A program made the translations under genes and the position numbers. A stretch of 64,000 nt of DNA from positions 1,240 through 65,239 of the forward strand of contig DAOUKJ010000048.1 in assembly GCA_034421435.1 (NCBI GenBank). The letters run 5' to 3'. The notes under the pieces were generated by a model. It was not told where the DNA came from, did no database searches, and was given only the letters and a program-made list of their open reading frames with translations. How positions within the stretch are numbered: the stretch's first letter is position 1; every line of letters starts with the position of its first letter. Source of the DNA: Dehalococcoidia bacterium (lineage in GTDB: Bacteria > Chloroflexota > Dehalococcoidia > Lucifugimonadales > UBA2985). Below, piece after piece: positions 1 to 9,671 of the stretch.

Positions 1-125
1 GCGCCTCCTCTGCTGCGGCTGTGAGCGATTCCGGTGGTAGTGTAGTCGCGCCGCCGACGGCTGGCAACCTTCTCACCCCATATGGTAGAGTACGACCTTG
101 TGTACGACTTACGTAAGGCGTTATA

Positions 126-407
126 ATGATTCAGAGCTTCAAAGATCGGAGAACCGAGCGGTTCTTTGAGGGGCAGTTGGTACCGGCATTCCTGGGATTC
201 GCTGACCAGGCTACGCGTCGCCTGACAGTGTTGGACAACGCAGCGTCACTGCGAGACCTATCGAGTCTGCCCAGCAACAGATTGGAGTCGCTATCCGGCA
301 CCCGAGCAGGCCAGCACAGCATTCGCATCAATCGTCAATGGCGTATCTGTTTTCGCTGGGGAGACGATGGACCCTACGATGTGGAGATAGTGGACTATCA
401 CCAGTGA
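126..407 (+). CDS. higB: HigB-family toxin (RelE/ParE superfamily)
   Basis: 93-aa ORF. C-terminal HSIRINRQWRICFRW...VEIVDYH matches the HigB 'killer protein' signature. A HigA-like ORF follows after 10 nt. Confidence 0.85.
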   Translation: MIQSFKDRRTERFFEGQLVPAFLGFADQATRRLTVLDNAASLRDLSSLPSNRLESLSGTRAGQHSIRINRQWRICFRWGDDGPYDVEIVDYHQ

Positions 408-417
408 GGAAATTGAG

Positions 418-711
418 ATGAGCGTCAACAACAGAATGCGCCCGGTGCATCCGGGCGAGATACTGGGGGAAGAGCTTGAAGAGCTTGGCATGTCGGCCAG
501 TGCGATGGCCGTCGCCTTGGGGGTCCCAACCAATCGGATCACCGCAATCCTGAAAGGGCAGCGCGGGATAACCGCCGACACCGCCCTGCGCTTGTCTCGC
601 TACTTTGGCACGAGTGCCCAGCTATGGTTGAACCTTCAGAAGTCCTTTGAGCTGCGCGCGGCTGAGATTAGGTCTGGCAGGGCAATTGCGGAACGCGTGC
701 AACCCCGATAG
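418..711 (+). CDS. higA: HigA-family antitoxin, XRE-type HTH
   Basis: 97-aa ORF. PVHPGEILGEELEELGMS...LGVPTNRITAILKGQRGITADTALRLSRYFGTSAQLWLNLQ is the canonical HigA HTH pattern. Confidence 0.85.
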   Translation: MSVNNRMRPVHPGEILGEELEELGMSASAMAVALGVPTNRITAILKGQRGITADTALRLSRYFGTSAQLWLNLQKSFELRAAEIRSGRAIAERVQPR

Positions 712-901
712 GCGGCACACCTACGCCAATTCGCCAAAGCGGGCTGTGAAGCAGGCGGCCACGTATGAGGAGAACGGCCTGCCCGGCTGCGTGAACTCAA
801 TCGCCAGTTCCACAACTGGCCATGCCTATACGTGCACTTGCATCCGCGGCAATGCGGTATAATGTAGGTGGATCCCACACCTCATCACTCAGGAGCTTCA
901 C

Positions 902-1873
902 ATGAAGATTCTCGTTACCCTGGACGGCTCCACCTTCTCGGAAGCCATTGTGCCCGCTGCGGCTCAGCTTGCGGAGGCCACCGACTCGGAAGTGCACCTG
1001 CTGAGCGTGGTCGAGGACCCAGGCATTCGCCGCTCGTGGGTCGAGGCAATAGCGCTGGGTGAGGCCGGCACGGGCGAGTTCATGCTTCCTCCCACGGCCA
1101 TGCCGCGCTACCCGGACGCCCGCCGCGGCGCAAATATGAGCACGGAGACGCTGGAGGAGGCCATCCACTCCGCCAGGCAGTACCTGGCCGAGGTGGCCCT
1201 GCGCTTCCCTGCCGGCGCAAAGTCCATCGCGGTGCCCGGCAACGACCCGGTCGCGGCCATCGCCGAATACGCCTCTGAGAACGGCATCGACCTGATCGCA
1301 ATGTCCACCCACGGGCGCTCGGGCATCGGCCGTTGGGTCTACGGCAGCAACGCCGACAAGCTCCTCCAGTCCACCGCCTACCCCATTCTGCTCGTGCGAC
1401 CACGGAACGGCGACGCGCCATCGCAGGGCGGCGTGAACATCGACACGCTGATCGTTCCGCTGGACGGCTCGCAGCTTGCCGAGGAGGCGCTGGCCTACGC
1501 CGAAGGCATCGCCTCGCAGATGTCGCTCAAGCTCTCGCTCATACGCATAGTCACCACGCCCGCCATCGCCTACCCGGGCACGGAGACCTACGCCTACGAT
1601 CCCAGGCTCTTCACCGACCTGGAGAACGACGCCACTGCCTACCTGCGGGACAAGCAGGCGCAGCTGGAATCGAGGGGGCTGGAGGTCGCATCCACAGTCA
1701 GAGCCGGCTACCCGGCCGCCCACATAATCGACTTTGCGGAGGACAGCGCGGGCAGCGTCATCGTGATGTCCACGCACGGGCGCGGCGGCCTCGGCAGGTG
1801 GATTATGGGCAGCGTTGCCGACCGCGTGCTTCGAGCGGCCTACCGCCCTATCCTGCTGATTCGCTCCGGCTAG
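902..1873 (+). CDS. Universal stress protein, tandem USP domains
   Basis: 323 aa with two USP-like halves, each ending in the ...STHGRSGIGRW.. / ..STHGRGGLGRW..GSVA motif. AGGAGC lies upstream of the ATG. Confidence 0.8.
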   Translation: MKILVTLDGSTFSEAIVPAAAQLAEATDSEVHLLSVVEDPGIRRSWVEAIALGEAGTGEFMLPPTAMPRYPDARRGANMSTETLEEAIHSARQYLAEVALRFPAGAKSIAVPGNDPVAAIAEYASENGIDLIAMSTHGRSGIGRWVYGSNADKLLQSTAYPILLVRPRNGDAPSQGGVNIDTLIVPLDGSQLAEEALAYAEGIASQMSLKLSLIRIVTTPAIAYPGTETYAYDPRLFTDLENDATAYLRDKQAQLESRGLEVASTVRAGYPAAHIIDFAEDSAGSVIVMSTHGRGGLGRWIMGSVADRVLRAAYRPILLIRSG

Positions 1874-1877
1874 GGTC

Positions 1878-2570
1878 GTGACCGGCAATCAGGCGCTTGA
1901 AGACCTCAACCGCAGGGTAGTCGACTGCCTCCTGTGCCCGCGGCTCGTGGAGCACAGGGAGCGCACCGCCCGAGAGAAGCGCGCCATGTACCGCGACGAC
2001 GACTATTGGGGCAGGCCGCTTCCGTCGTTCGGCGACCCGCAGGCCCGCGTGCTGATAGTCGGCCTTGCGCCCGCGGCGCACGGCGGGAACCGCACGGGGC
2101 GCATGTTCACCGGCGACAGCAGCGGCGACTGGCTCTTCGAGACGCTCCACAAGTTCGGATTCGCAAGCTCACCAACCTCGCGGCGCCGCGACGACGGGCT
2201 GACCTTGATGGACGCCTACATCACCGCGGCCGTGCGCTGCGCGCCGCCGGACAACAAGCCCACGACCGAGGAGAAGGCCACGTGCCGCTCATATCTCACG
2301 GGCGAGCTGTCGCTGCTGGCGGACGTGCGTGTGGTGGTGGCCCTGGGCAGGATCGCGTTCGACGGCTACCTGGCTGCACGGCGGGAGATGGGCCGCGTGG
2401 CAGCCAGGCCTGCGCCGCGGTTCGGCCACGGGACCGTGCACGCGCTGCCGAATGGCGTGACGCTGGTGTCGTCGTACCACCCCAGCCGTCAGAACACCAA
2501 CACCGGCACACTGACGCGCCGGATGTTCGAGGATGTGTTTGCCAGAGTGCGGCAGCTGCTGGATGGCTAG
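1878..2570 (+). CDS. Uracil-DNA glycosylase, family 4/5 (UdgB-like)
   Basis: Has the N-terminal CLLCPRL cysteines and the GLAPAAHGGNRTGRMFTGD motif, with a C-terminal SYHPS motif. GTG start. Confidence 0.75.
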   Translation: MTGNQALEDLNRRVVDCLLCPRLVEHRERTAREKRAMYRDDDYWGRPLPSFGDPQARVLIVGLAPAAHGGNRTGRMFTGDSSGDWLFETLHKFGFASSPTSRRRDDGLTLMDAYITAAVRCAPPDNKPTTEEKATCRSYLTGELSLLADVRVVVALGRIAFDGYLAARREMGRVAARPAPRFGHGTVHALPNGVTLVSSYHPSRQNTNTGTLTRRMFEDVFARVRQLLDG

Positions 2571-2905
2571 CCGTACAGGGTGTCGGTCTTCGCCGCCATG
2601 ATGAAGTCGTTGCGGTGGAGCCCGCGAATCTTGTGGGTCCACCACGTGACCGTCACCCTGCCCCACTCCGTCACGATCCGCGGATGGTGGCCCTCCTCCT
2701 CGGCGGCCTCACCCACGCTGTGGCTGAAGGCAAGGGCATCGGCGAAGTTGGGGAAGCTGAAGGTGCGATTCAGGCGCTGCATCGAGTCCTCCTCCAGCAG
2801 ATCCCAGTCGGCAACCTGTGGATGCAGCTCAGCGACCTCCTCGTCGGTGACCAGCGGCGAGTCCCTGCGGCACGCCACGCACTTTTCGCGATTGAGCATC
2901 GTCAT
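2567..2905 (-). CDS. 4a-hydroxytetrahydrobiopterin (pterin-4a-carbinolamine) dehydratase
   Basis: 112 aa. ...FSFPNFADALAFSHSVGEAAEEEGHHPRI...WGRVTVTWWTHKIRGLHRNDFIMA is the PCD family pattern. Confidence 0.85.
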   Translation of the reverse strand: MTMLNREKCVACRRDSPLVTDEEVAELHPQVADWDLLEEDSMQRLNRTFSFPNFADALAFSHSVGEAAEEEGHHPRIVTEWGRVTVTWWTHKIRGLHRNDFIMAAKTDTLYG

Positions 2906-3001
2906 GTTCGACCTCCTCTGCCTCTGCGATTCGACCGCCCCCAGGCCAACTCCCTTAGCGTGGGCCCAGAGCCCCGTAGACCCCTGCCTACGCAGGGGTG
3001 G

Positions 3002-3517
3002 TCAATCTTGCGGTTCCCTCAGCCGCCGCAGCAGGTTCGCCATCTCGATTGCGGACAGCGCCGCATCGTAGCCGCGGTTGCCGGCATCGCCGCCGGCCCT
3101 CGCCAGCGCCTGCCCCTCCGTGTAGGTCGTCTGGATGCCGAACGCCATCGGCACGCCTGTCTCCCTCGACGTCTCCGCAACGCCCCTAGCCGCCTCAGCG
3201 GCCACATAGTCGAAGTGAGCGGTCTCGCCCTTGATGACGGCGCCGAGGCATATCAGCGCGTCCCACTGGCCGCTGCGGGCCAACTCGGCGGCCGCAAGTG
3301 GCACCTCGAACGAGCCGGGCACCCAGATCACAGCCAGGTCGTCCTCCCGCAGTCCGTGGGCCAAGAGAGCCTCGCACGCGCCATCAACCAGCCTGGACGT
3401 GACGAACCTGTTGAAGCGAGCCACCACCACGCCGATCCGCAGGCCCTGCGCGTCCAGCCCGCCGGCGATTCGAAGTCCGGGGCCGCCCTCGTCCTCCTCG
3501 TAGGAAGGGCCCTTCAA
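3002..3517 (-). CDS. ribH: 6,7-dimethyl-8-ribityllumazine synthase
   Basis: [19 protein letters not shown]...[12 protein letters not shown]...[14 protein letters not shown]. It is the last gene of the rib operon. Confidence 0.9.
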   Translation of the reverse strand: MKGPSYEEDEGGPGLRIAGGLDAQGLRIGVVVARFNRFVTSRLVDGACEALLAHGLREDDLAVIWVPGSFEVPLAAAELARSGQWDALICLGAVIKGETAHFDYVAAEAARGVAETSRETGVPMAFGIQTTYTEGQALARAGGDAGNRGYDAALSAIEMANLLRRLREPQD

Positions 3518-4728
3518 CTCCTGGCCTCCCCCATTCCCAGCAGGTGGCCAAGCTTCTGGTGCTTGGTCTCCATGTACCGCTCGTTTTCGGGCGTAGGAGG
3601 CACGACTATGGGAACACGCTCCACCAGCCTGATGCCGTATGCCTCCAGCCCTATCACCTTCTTGGGGTTGTTGGTGAGCAATCGCATGTTCCTCACACCC
3701 AGATCGACCAGTATCTGCGCACCTATGCCGTAGTGGCGGAGGTCCGGCCCAAAGCCCAGGCTGGCATTGGCCTCCACGGTGTCAAGCCCGGTGTCCTGAA
3801 GGGCATAGGCCTTGATCTTGTTGTGAAGCCCAATGCCGCGGCCCTCTTGCCTCATGTACAGGAAGACGCCCTTGCCCTCCTCTGCAATGAGGCGCAACGC
3901 CAGCCCCACCTGCGCGCCGCAGTCGCACCGCTTGCTGCCGAACACGTCTCCGGTCAGGCACTCGCTGTGCACCCTCACCAGCACCGGGTCGTCAGGGCCA
4001 ACCTCACCCAGGACCAGCGCCAGGTGCTCTGCCGTGTCGACCTCGCTGCTGAAGGCAACCGCGGTGAACTCACCGAAACCGGTGGGGAGCCTGGCCTCCG
4101 CGACGCGCTGCACCATGTTCTCGTGCATCCGCCGGTATGCGATGATCTGGGCCACGCTGATTATCAGCAGGCCGTGGGTCTCGGCGAATACTTCCAGGTC
4201 CGGCATCCGGGCCATGGTGCCGTCATCCTTCAGGATCTCGCAGAGGACGGCCGCGGGGTATAGGCCGGCCAGCCTGGCAAGGTCGATGGAGCCTTCCGTC
4301 TGGCCCGCCCTCACTAGCACTCCGCCTTCCTGGTATCGCAGCGGAAAGAGATGGCCGGGCCTCGCCAGGTCCTCAGGCCTCGTGTCAGGGTCCAGCATGG
4401 CGCGGATTGTGACGGCCCTGTCGAACGCCGAGACGCCCGTGGTGGTCCCGTGAGTGGCGTCGACCGAGACTGTGAAGGCCGTGGTGAAGCGGGAGGTGTT
4501 GTCCGATACCATCATCGGCAGCCCAAGCTCCTGCAGACGCTGCGCTGTGAGCGGAATGCACACCAGCCCTCGGCCGTGCGTGACCATGAAGTTTACGGAC
4601 TCCGGCGTCGCCATCTCAGCGGCGACTATGAGGTCGCCCTCGTTCTCCCGGTCCTCATCGTCGACCAGGATCACGGGCTTGCCGTCACGATAGTCCTGAA
4701 TCGCCTCTTCAATCGTAGCCAGTGCCAT
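3514..4728 (-). CDS. ribBA: Bifunctional 3,4-dihydroxy-2-butanone-4-phosphate synthase / GTP cyclohydrolase II
   Basis: [16 protein letters not shown] (DHBPS motif) and [20 protein letters not shown] (GCHII motif). I chose the start at [10 protein letters not shown] (ATG 4728); the longer ORF to 4929 overlaps ribE. Confidence 0.9.
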   Translation of the reverse strand: MALATIEEAIQDYRDGKPVILVDDEDRENEGDLIVAAEMATPESVNFMVTHGRGLVCIPLTAQRLQELGLPMMVSDNTSRFTTAFTVSVDATHGTTTGVSAFDRAVTIRAMLDPDTRPEDLARPGHLFPLRYQEGGVLVRAGQTEGSIDLARLAGLYPAAVLCEILKDDGTMARMPDLEVFAETHGLLIISVAQIIAYRRMHENMVQRVAEARLPTGFGEFTAVAFSSEVDTAEHLALVLGEVGPDDPVLVRVHSECLTGDVFGSKRCDCGAQVGLALRLIAEEGKGVFLYMRQEGRGIGLHNKIKAYALQDTGLDTVEANASLGFGPDLRHYGIGAQILVDLGVRNMRLLTNNPKKVIGLEAYGIRLVERVPIVVPPTPENERYMETKHQKLGHLLGMGEARS

Positions 4729-4763
4729 GTTGCGCCCTCCGCGGGGGACGGATGCTCGGATCG

Positions 4764-5363
4764 CTACGCGGAAGGCCTTTGCTGCATCCTGGGCAGCAAC
4801 AGCCTCTCCACGTACTTTGCCAGGATGTCCACCTCCAGGTTCACCGGATCGCCCGGCGCCAGGTGGCCCAGGTTGGTGTGCTTCAATGTATATTCTACCA
4901 CAGAGACCAGGAACGACTCTTCGTCGCACTCCACCACCGTGAGGCTCACACCGTCCACGGCGATGAACCCCTTCTCCACCACGTACCGCGCCAGCCGCTG
5001 CGGCATGCTGAACCGCATCAGCACCGCCTCACCTTCCGGCTGCGCGTCCACCAGCGATCCGGTGGCGTCCACGTGCCCCTGCGTGATGTGCCCTCCCAGC
5101 GGGGTGTTGAGCGTGAGCGCGGGTTCCAGGTTGACCGGGTCGCCCGGCTTCAGCGAGCCCAGGTTCGTGCGCCTGAGCGTCTCCGGCATCGTGTCAACGG
5201 AGAACCAACCGTCGCCCCTGGCCGTGACCGTGAGACAAGCGCCGTTGACGGAAACGCTGTCACCGTCGCGCAGCGCCGCCAGCGTGGTCTCGGCCTCAAC
5301 CCTCATGCCGGAGCCGTCCCGCTCCCGCAGCCTGCCGACCTCCTGCACTATGCCCGTGAACAT
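4764..5363 (-). CDS. ribE: Riboflavin synthase alpha chain
   Basis: 199 aa starting [10 protein letters not shown], with the duplicated lumazine-binding repeat ...[13 protein letters not shown] / ...[11 protein letters not shown]. Confidence 0.9.
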   Translation of the reverse strand: MFTGIVQEVGRLRERDGSGMRVEAETTLAALRDGDSVSVNGACLTVTARGDGWFSVDTMPETLRRTNLGSLKPGDPVNLEPALTLNTPLGGHITQGHVDATGSLVDAQPEGEAVLMRFSMPQRLARYVVEKGFIAVDGVSLTVVECDEESFLVSVVEYTLKHTNLGHLAPGDPVNLEVDILAKYVERLLLPRMQQRPSA

Positions 5364-5368
5364 CAGCG

Positions 5369-6451
5369 CTACCTCACGTATCCCGTAATCATCACGTCTT
5401 CGCCAATCAGCTCAGTCTTGGAGCGCGTGAGACGTAAGGCTGTGGCCATTGCATCAGCTCCGGCGCCGGCCACAGGTGTTGGAGCGTCACGCCCCCCGAT
5501 TACGACTGGTGAGACGAAAGCCACCACCTTATCGACCAGGCCTAGGTCGAACATCGAACCCAGCAGCACGCCTCCTCCCTCCACCAGCAGGCTTGTCACA
5601 CCCCTGTCGCCCAGGGCCTGCATCAGCGCCTCTAAGTCCACGAGTCCGTTCCCCGCGGGCAGTTGTGCAATATCCGCAACAGCCTCCCCCATGGCAGCCG
5701 CCCTCTCGGCGGCCGCACTGGGCGTTGCGAGGAACACCCGGCCGGGCTCACGCAGGAGCTGCGCGTCCGGCGGCAGCAATGCAGCGCCCTCGACTACTAC
5801 CCGCAGCGGCTGCCTCGGCAGATTGCACCCCGTTTCGTCGCGGGCGGTTAGTCGTGGATCGTCAGCCAGGACGGTGCCTATGCCTACTATCACCGCGTCA
5901 GACTGGCGCCTCAGTTCCCCGGCGCGGCGTCTCGCCTCCTCTGAGCTGATCCAGCGAGAGTCGCCCGATGAGGTCGCTATCTTGCCATCCAGGCTCATTG
6001 CAAACTTGGCAGTAACGAACGGCCTGCCCGTCTCCACGTGCCTGGTGTACGCTTCCACCACCTGCCGGGCCTCGTCGCCGCACTCATTTAGGTGTACGTT
6101 CAGGCCCGCGCCTTCCAGTTCAGTCACGCCCTTGCCGTTCACCAGGGGATTGGGGTCGAGCGTGGCCACGTGAACGTCGGTGATTCCTGCTTTGATGATG
6201 TCGCGCGTGCACGGGGGAGTCTTGCCGAAGTGGCAGCAGGGCTCCAGTGTGGTGTAAAGGTGCCCACCGTGGGCAAGCTCGCCAGCCTGCCGCAGCGCCA
6301 TGATCTCCGCGTGCGCCTGGCCCGCCGGAAGCGTGTGACCCTCACCCACCACCTGCCCGTCCTTCACCACGACCGCGCCCACGGGCGGGTTGGGACTCGA
6401 CAGTCCTAGGGCCTCACGCGAGAGCTCCAAGGCGCGCTGCATGTAGCCCAT
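5369..6451 (-). CDS. ribD: Bifunctional diaminohydroxyphosphoribosylaminopyrimidine deaminase / 5-amino-6-(5-phosphoribosylamino)uracil reductase
   Basis: Deaminase zinc motif HAEIMAL...EPCCHFGKTPPC, followed by a C-terminal reductase domain. Confidence 0.9.
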   Translation of the reverse strand: MGYMQRALELSREALGLSSPNPPVGAVVVKDGQVVGEGHTLPAGQAHAEIMALRQAGELAHGGHLYTTLEPCCHFGKTPPCTRDIIKAGITDVHVATLDPNPLVNGKGVTELEGAGLNVHLNECGDEARQVVEAYTRHVETGRPFVTAKFAMSLDGKIATSSGDSRWISSEEARRRAGELRRQSDAVIVGIGTVLADDPRLTARDETGCNLPRQPLRVVVEGAALLPPDAQLLREPGRVFLATPSAAAERAAAMGEAVADIAQLPAGNGLVDLEALMQALGDRGVTSLLVEGGGVLLGSMFDLGLVDKVVAFVSPVVIGGRDAPTPVAGAGADAMATALRLTRSKTELIGEDVMITGYVR

Positions 6452-6456
6452 GCGCC

Positions 6457-7029
6457 CTATCCGCTAGGGTTGAAGTCCCTGTGAATCCTGCTCGCGGTGG
6501 GCTCCATCTGCCCCTGGTACTTGCTTCCCAAAGCCGGCGAGCCGTATGGATTGTCCGCTTCCGAGGTCAGCCGCAGGAAGGAGATTTGGCCTATCTTCAT
6601 GGCGTAGTAGAGGGTGATGGGTAGGTTGGCCACGTTGCTCAGCTCCAGCGTCAGGTGGCCTGACCAGCCGGGGTCGACGTAGCCGGCCGTGGAGTGGATG
6701 AGCAACCCCAGCCTGCCGAGCGAGCTCTTGCCCTCCAGCCGCGCCACGATGTCCACTGGGAGCGTCACCGCCTCAAGGGTGCTGCCCAGAACGAACTCGC
6801 CGGGGTGCAGGATGAAGGGGCCCTCCTCCGGTATCTCCTCCACCTCCGTAAGGTCCGGCATGTCCCGTCGCACGTCTATGTACGGCTGGCGCGTGTTGCG
6901 GAACACCAGCAGCCTCCGGTCCAGGTGCAGGTCAACGCTTGCGGGCTGAATGCAGGAGGGATCGAGGGGGTCGATGACGATCCTGCCCCCGTCCAGCTCC
7001 TCCCTGATTGTGCGATCGCTGAGTACCAT
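6457..7029 (-). CDS. dcd: dCTP deaminase
   Basis: [12 protein letters not shown]...[28 protein letters not shown] chose the start at ATG 7029. The stop lies 5 nt upstream of the ribD start. Confidence 0.85.
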   Translation of the reverse strand: MVLSDRTIREELDGGRIVIDPLDPSCIQPASVDLHLDRRLLVFRNTRQPYIDVRRDMPDLTEVEEIPEEGPFILHPGEFVLGSTLEAVTLPVDIVARLEGKSSLGRLGLLIHSTAGYVDPGWSGHLTLELSNVANLPITLYYAMKIGQISFLRLTSEADNPYGSPALGSKYQGQMEPTASRIHRDFNPSG

Positions 7030-7192
7030 GCGCTCCTCTCGAGGTCGGTGTGGACGGCGAAACGACGGGAGAATTCTAGCAGTCCACCAGGGGTATCGCA
7101 ATCCGACGGCGAGCGATTAGTGAATTCTCCCCATTTGCATTATAATTCCCTAATCCGGCCTTAATCCAGACGCGCTGCCACTACGTATATGT

Positions 7193-7780
7193 ATGTGGAG
7201 CGGCGGCACTCGACCAAGAGGGGACGCCGTGGAATACCACCTTCTGGAGGACTTAGAGCTGACTTCTCTGGTCGCATCTGGGGACCAGCAGGCCCTTGCG
7301 GCCCTTTACGACCGTCACGCCTCCAGGGTCTTCTCCCTGGCTCTCTCGCTCCTGGGGAACTACAGTGACGCCGAGGAGGTTACGCAGGACGTAATCATGT
7401 CTGTCTGGCAGAACAGCGGCTCTTACGACCCACTGAAAGCCCGCTTCGCCACCTGGATTACGCGCATTGCGCACAATCGCGCCGTGGACGAGCTCAGGAG
7501 AAGGCGCAAGCGAGCCGACGAGTCCCGCCTTGAAGACCATGAGATCGCGCGACCGGACACCACGGAGTCCGGCATCGAATACGAGACGGTCCGCAGCGCA
7601 CTCTTCGATCTGCCGGAGGAGCAGCGCAGGGTGGTGTACCTGGGCTTCTTCCAGGGATACACGCACACGGAGATAGCAAGGATGCTGGACAGGCCGCTGG
7701 GCACCGTGAAGACCCAGATGAGGTCAGCCCTCAGACTGCTTAGAGATCGGGTCACCGCATCGGCGGAGGAAGTGCTATGA
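7193..7780 (+). CDS. ECF-type RNA polymerase sigma factor
   Basis: Region 2 (FATWITRIAHNRAVDELRRR) and region 4 (EQRRVVYLGFFQGYTHTEIARMLDRPLGTVKTQM). The stop overlaps the next gene by 4 nt. Confidence 0.85.
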   Translation: MWSGGTRPRGDAVEYHLLEDLELTSLVASGDQQALAALYDRHASRVFSLALSLLGNYSDAEEVTQDVIMSVWQNSGSYDPLKARFATWITRIAHNRAVDELRRRRKRADESRLEDHEIARPDTTESGIEYETVRSALFDLPEEQRRVVYLGFFQGYTHTEIARMLDRPLGTVKTQMRSALRLLRDRVTASAEEVL

Positions 7781-8631
7781 AGTGCGAAGAGGCGGGCGAG
7801 CTTATTCACGCATATCTGCTGGGCGCTCTCGACGAGGACGAGAGGCGCAGACTGGAGGGCCATATCCGCGGCTGTCCCGACTGCCTCGCTCTCTACTACG
7901 AGGAGAGCCCGTCCATGGAGATGCTGGTCAGCGTGGGCGACCCTGTGCCCGCTCCGCCGGGCCTGAAGAGGCGCATCATGGAGTTGGTCAACGCCGGCGC
8001 GCGCCCATCGACGCGACCGGGCTTGATAGGCGGGCCGATGACCCTGCTGAGGAGCGCCCTGCAGCAGCCCGTTGCCGCATCCGCCATGGCCGTCGTGTCG
8101 GTCTCGCTTGTGCTTCTCAGCGCGGGCGCATTCCTGCTGTGGCAGGAGGTGAACGAGTTGAGGGACGAGGACCACCGCCTCTCCACCGACCTGCAGGAGC
8201 AACTGGACCAGATTCAGGAGGAGAACCAGAGGCTCGCCGAGACGCTCCTGAACCAGCTCGACCTTGCCTACCTGGCCTCGATGGAAGGCGTCTCCACCGT
8301 CATGTTGGAGAGCGGCGAGTCCGCCCCCAAGTCAACCGGTATGCTCATGCTCAGCCCGAACGCAACCTGGGGCGTGCTGCTGACGGTGGGCCTTGAAACA
8401 CTGCCCAGGGACAAGGCCTACCAGCTCTGGCTCATGTCGAACAACGGGCGTACGAGCGCGGGCACCTTCAACGTGGACAGCGCGGGCTACGGCCAGCTGA
8501 TGGTGCAGGGACTGGGCGACCTGCGGGACTTCGAGAACGTCGAGGTGTCCATCGAGCCGGCGGAAGGCAGCCCCGAGGCCTCCGGTGACAACGTGCTGAA
8601 GGGGCCGATGGTCACCGACGCCTCTCAGTAA
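7777..8631 (+). CDS. Anti-sigma factor (zf-HC2 N-terminus, RskA-like C-terminus)
   Basis: HIRGCPDCLALYYE zinc-finger motif, a central TM segment, and a C-terminal YQLWLMSNNGRTSAGTF pattern. Translationally coupled to the sigma gene. Confidence 0.8.
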   Translation: MKCEEAGELIHAYLLGALDEDERRRLEGHIRGCPDCLALYYEESPSMEMLVSVGDPVPAPPGLKRRIMELVNAGARPSTRPGLIGGPMTLLRSALQQPVAASAMAVVSVSLVLLSAGAFLLWQEVNELRDEDHRLSTDLQEQLDQIQEENQRLAETLLNQLDLAYLASMEGVSTVMLESGESAPKSTGMLMLSPNATWGVLLTVGLETLPRDKAYQLWLMSNNGRTSAGTFNVDSAGYGQLMVQGLGDLRDFENVEVSIEPAEGSPEASGDNVLKGPMVTDASQ

Positions 8632-8643
8632 GCACGAGACTGG

Positions 8644-8817
8644 CCGTCCTTGTCCGCTCATCCCCGTATCAAGTACGGGGCAAGCTCTGAGCTTGTCGAA
8701 GGGTCTGAGCGAGCCGTCCTTGTCCGCTCATCCTGAGCCCCGTCGAAGGATGTGAGCGGACGGCCTCAGCGCATTCGTGCCCGCTCAAATGGTTCGACAG
8801 GCTCACCACGAGCGGGC
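8644..8817. repeat. REP/MITE-like palindromic repeat cluster A
   Basis: 20-bp direct repeat ccgtccttgtccgctcatcc at 8644 and 8714. Palindromic units are bounded by CCGCTCA...TGAGCGG, including gcccgctcaaatggttcgacaggctcaccacgagcgggc (8779-8817). The same unit types recur at 45.2, 47.7 and 50.9 kb. Confidence 0.85.
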
Positions 8818-8915
8818 TGACTGGCTGGCCGGCTACGACCTAAAGGCCATTACCCCATCCGCAGCGCAGCTTTCGTGTGCCGCAGCCCCTCTGATATACT
8901 GCCCGCAGGTGGCAC

Positions 8916-9653
8916 ATGTCGATCCGAATTCGAAGCATAGCCTGCGGCGCAGCGCTGCTCATTCTGCTGACCTTCTTCACTGCGGCCTGCGGGGAGGCCG
9001 AGCCCACAGCCACACCCACGCCCAGCCCTACGCCACCCCCGACCGCGGAGGACATCCTGGCCGACTCCGGGGAGAGCATGGCCGCCCTGGACTCCTTCAA
9101 CTTCCGCCTGAGCCATGAGAACGGAGGCACACCCCTGGCCATCGGGCTGGTGGTTTCGGACGTGGAGGGCGACGTGGTCAAGCCGGACGGCCTGAGGGTC
9201 TCCCTCGGAGCGACCTTCAGCGGCTTCTACGTGGAAATGCAGCTGGTAGCTCTTGAGGGCGTGACCTACATGACCGACCCGGTCACTCAGGCGTGGGAGA
9301 TCCAGGATGCCGGAGTGAACCCGCTGGCATTCTTCGACCCCGCGACAGGCATTGACTCCATCATGAGCGACCTGGCTGAGCCATCGCTTCAGGGGCAGGA
9401 GACGCTGGAGGGCGTCACCACGCATCACATCAGCGGGAAGCTGCCGTCCGATTCTCTTGTGCCACTGCTGAGCACCGTCACCCCCGACCTTACGGTGGAC
9501 ACGGAGGTCTGGATAGGCACCGATGACTCCTACCTGCGGAAGGTGGTCTTCCGAGGCGTGGCCGTCTCAGGCGACGCAGAGAACATCGTGCGCACCATCA
9601 CGCTGTCCAGCTTCAACCAGGCCTCCGAGATTGAAGCGCCCGAGCTGAACTGA
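8916..9653 (+). CDS. Lipoprotein, LppX/LprAFG-like
   Basis: Signal peptide with lipobox LTFFTAAC, then a Thr/Pro-rich linker. The overall pattern resembles the LprG/LppX family (motif level only). Confidence 0.55.
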   Translation: MSIRIRSIACGAALLILLTFFTAACGEAEPTATPTPSPTPPPTAEDILADSGESMAALDSFNFRLSHENGGTPLAIGLVVSDVEGDVVKPDGLRVSLGATFSGFYVEMQLVALEGVTYMTDPVTQAWEIQDAGVNPLAFFDPATGIDSIMSDLAEPSLQGQETLEGVTTHHISGKLPSDSLVPLLSTVTPDLTVDTEVWIGTDDSYLRKVVFRGVAVSGDAENIVRTITLSSFNQASEIEAPELN

Positions 9654-9671
9654 GGCGCACGGGCCCGGCAC

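Noticed and set aside
797-1888. 363-aa minus-strand ORF antisense to the USP gene
   Set aside because: It is entirely antisense to a gene with clear USP motifs, and its composition is typical of a high-G+C shadow ORF. The same reasoning applies to 4722-6173(+), 7423-8202(-), 22993-24012(-), 32663-33739(+), 36375-37235(+), 56178-57248(-) and similar ORFs.
1934-3733. 599-aa ORF spanning the UDG, PCD and ribH region
   Set aside because: It overlaps three well-supported genes. It is Arg/Ala/Pro/Gly-rich low-complexity sequence, typical of off-frame ORFs in high-G+C DNA.
7030-7192. Possible FMN (RFN) riboswitch in the leader of the dcd-rib operon
   Set aside because: The reverse complement lacks the conserved RFN core blocks (GGGUGAAAUUCCC..., GCCGACAGU.AAGUCUGGAUG.GAGA). 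Only a 10-bp inverted repeat and a chance CCGACGG string on the wrong strand are present.
8644-8817. CRISPR array (also considered for the clusters at 45248, 47749 and 50943)
   Set aside because: Each cluster has only 2-4 units. The units are themselves palindromic and of two alternating types in both orientations. The spacers are irregular and very short, and no cas genes are present. This pattern fits REP/MITE-like elements.
8777-9118. 113-aa ORF beginning MPAQMVRQAHHER...
   Set aside because: Its start is generated by repeat unit A; the same ...AHHER... peptide appears in spurious ORFs at 45384 and 50974. The rest overlaps the LppX-like lipoprotein gene.
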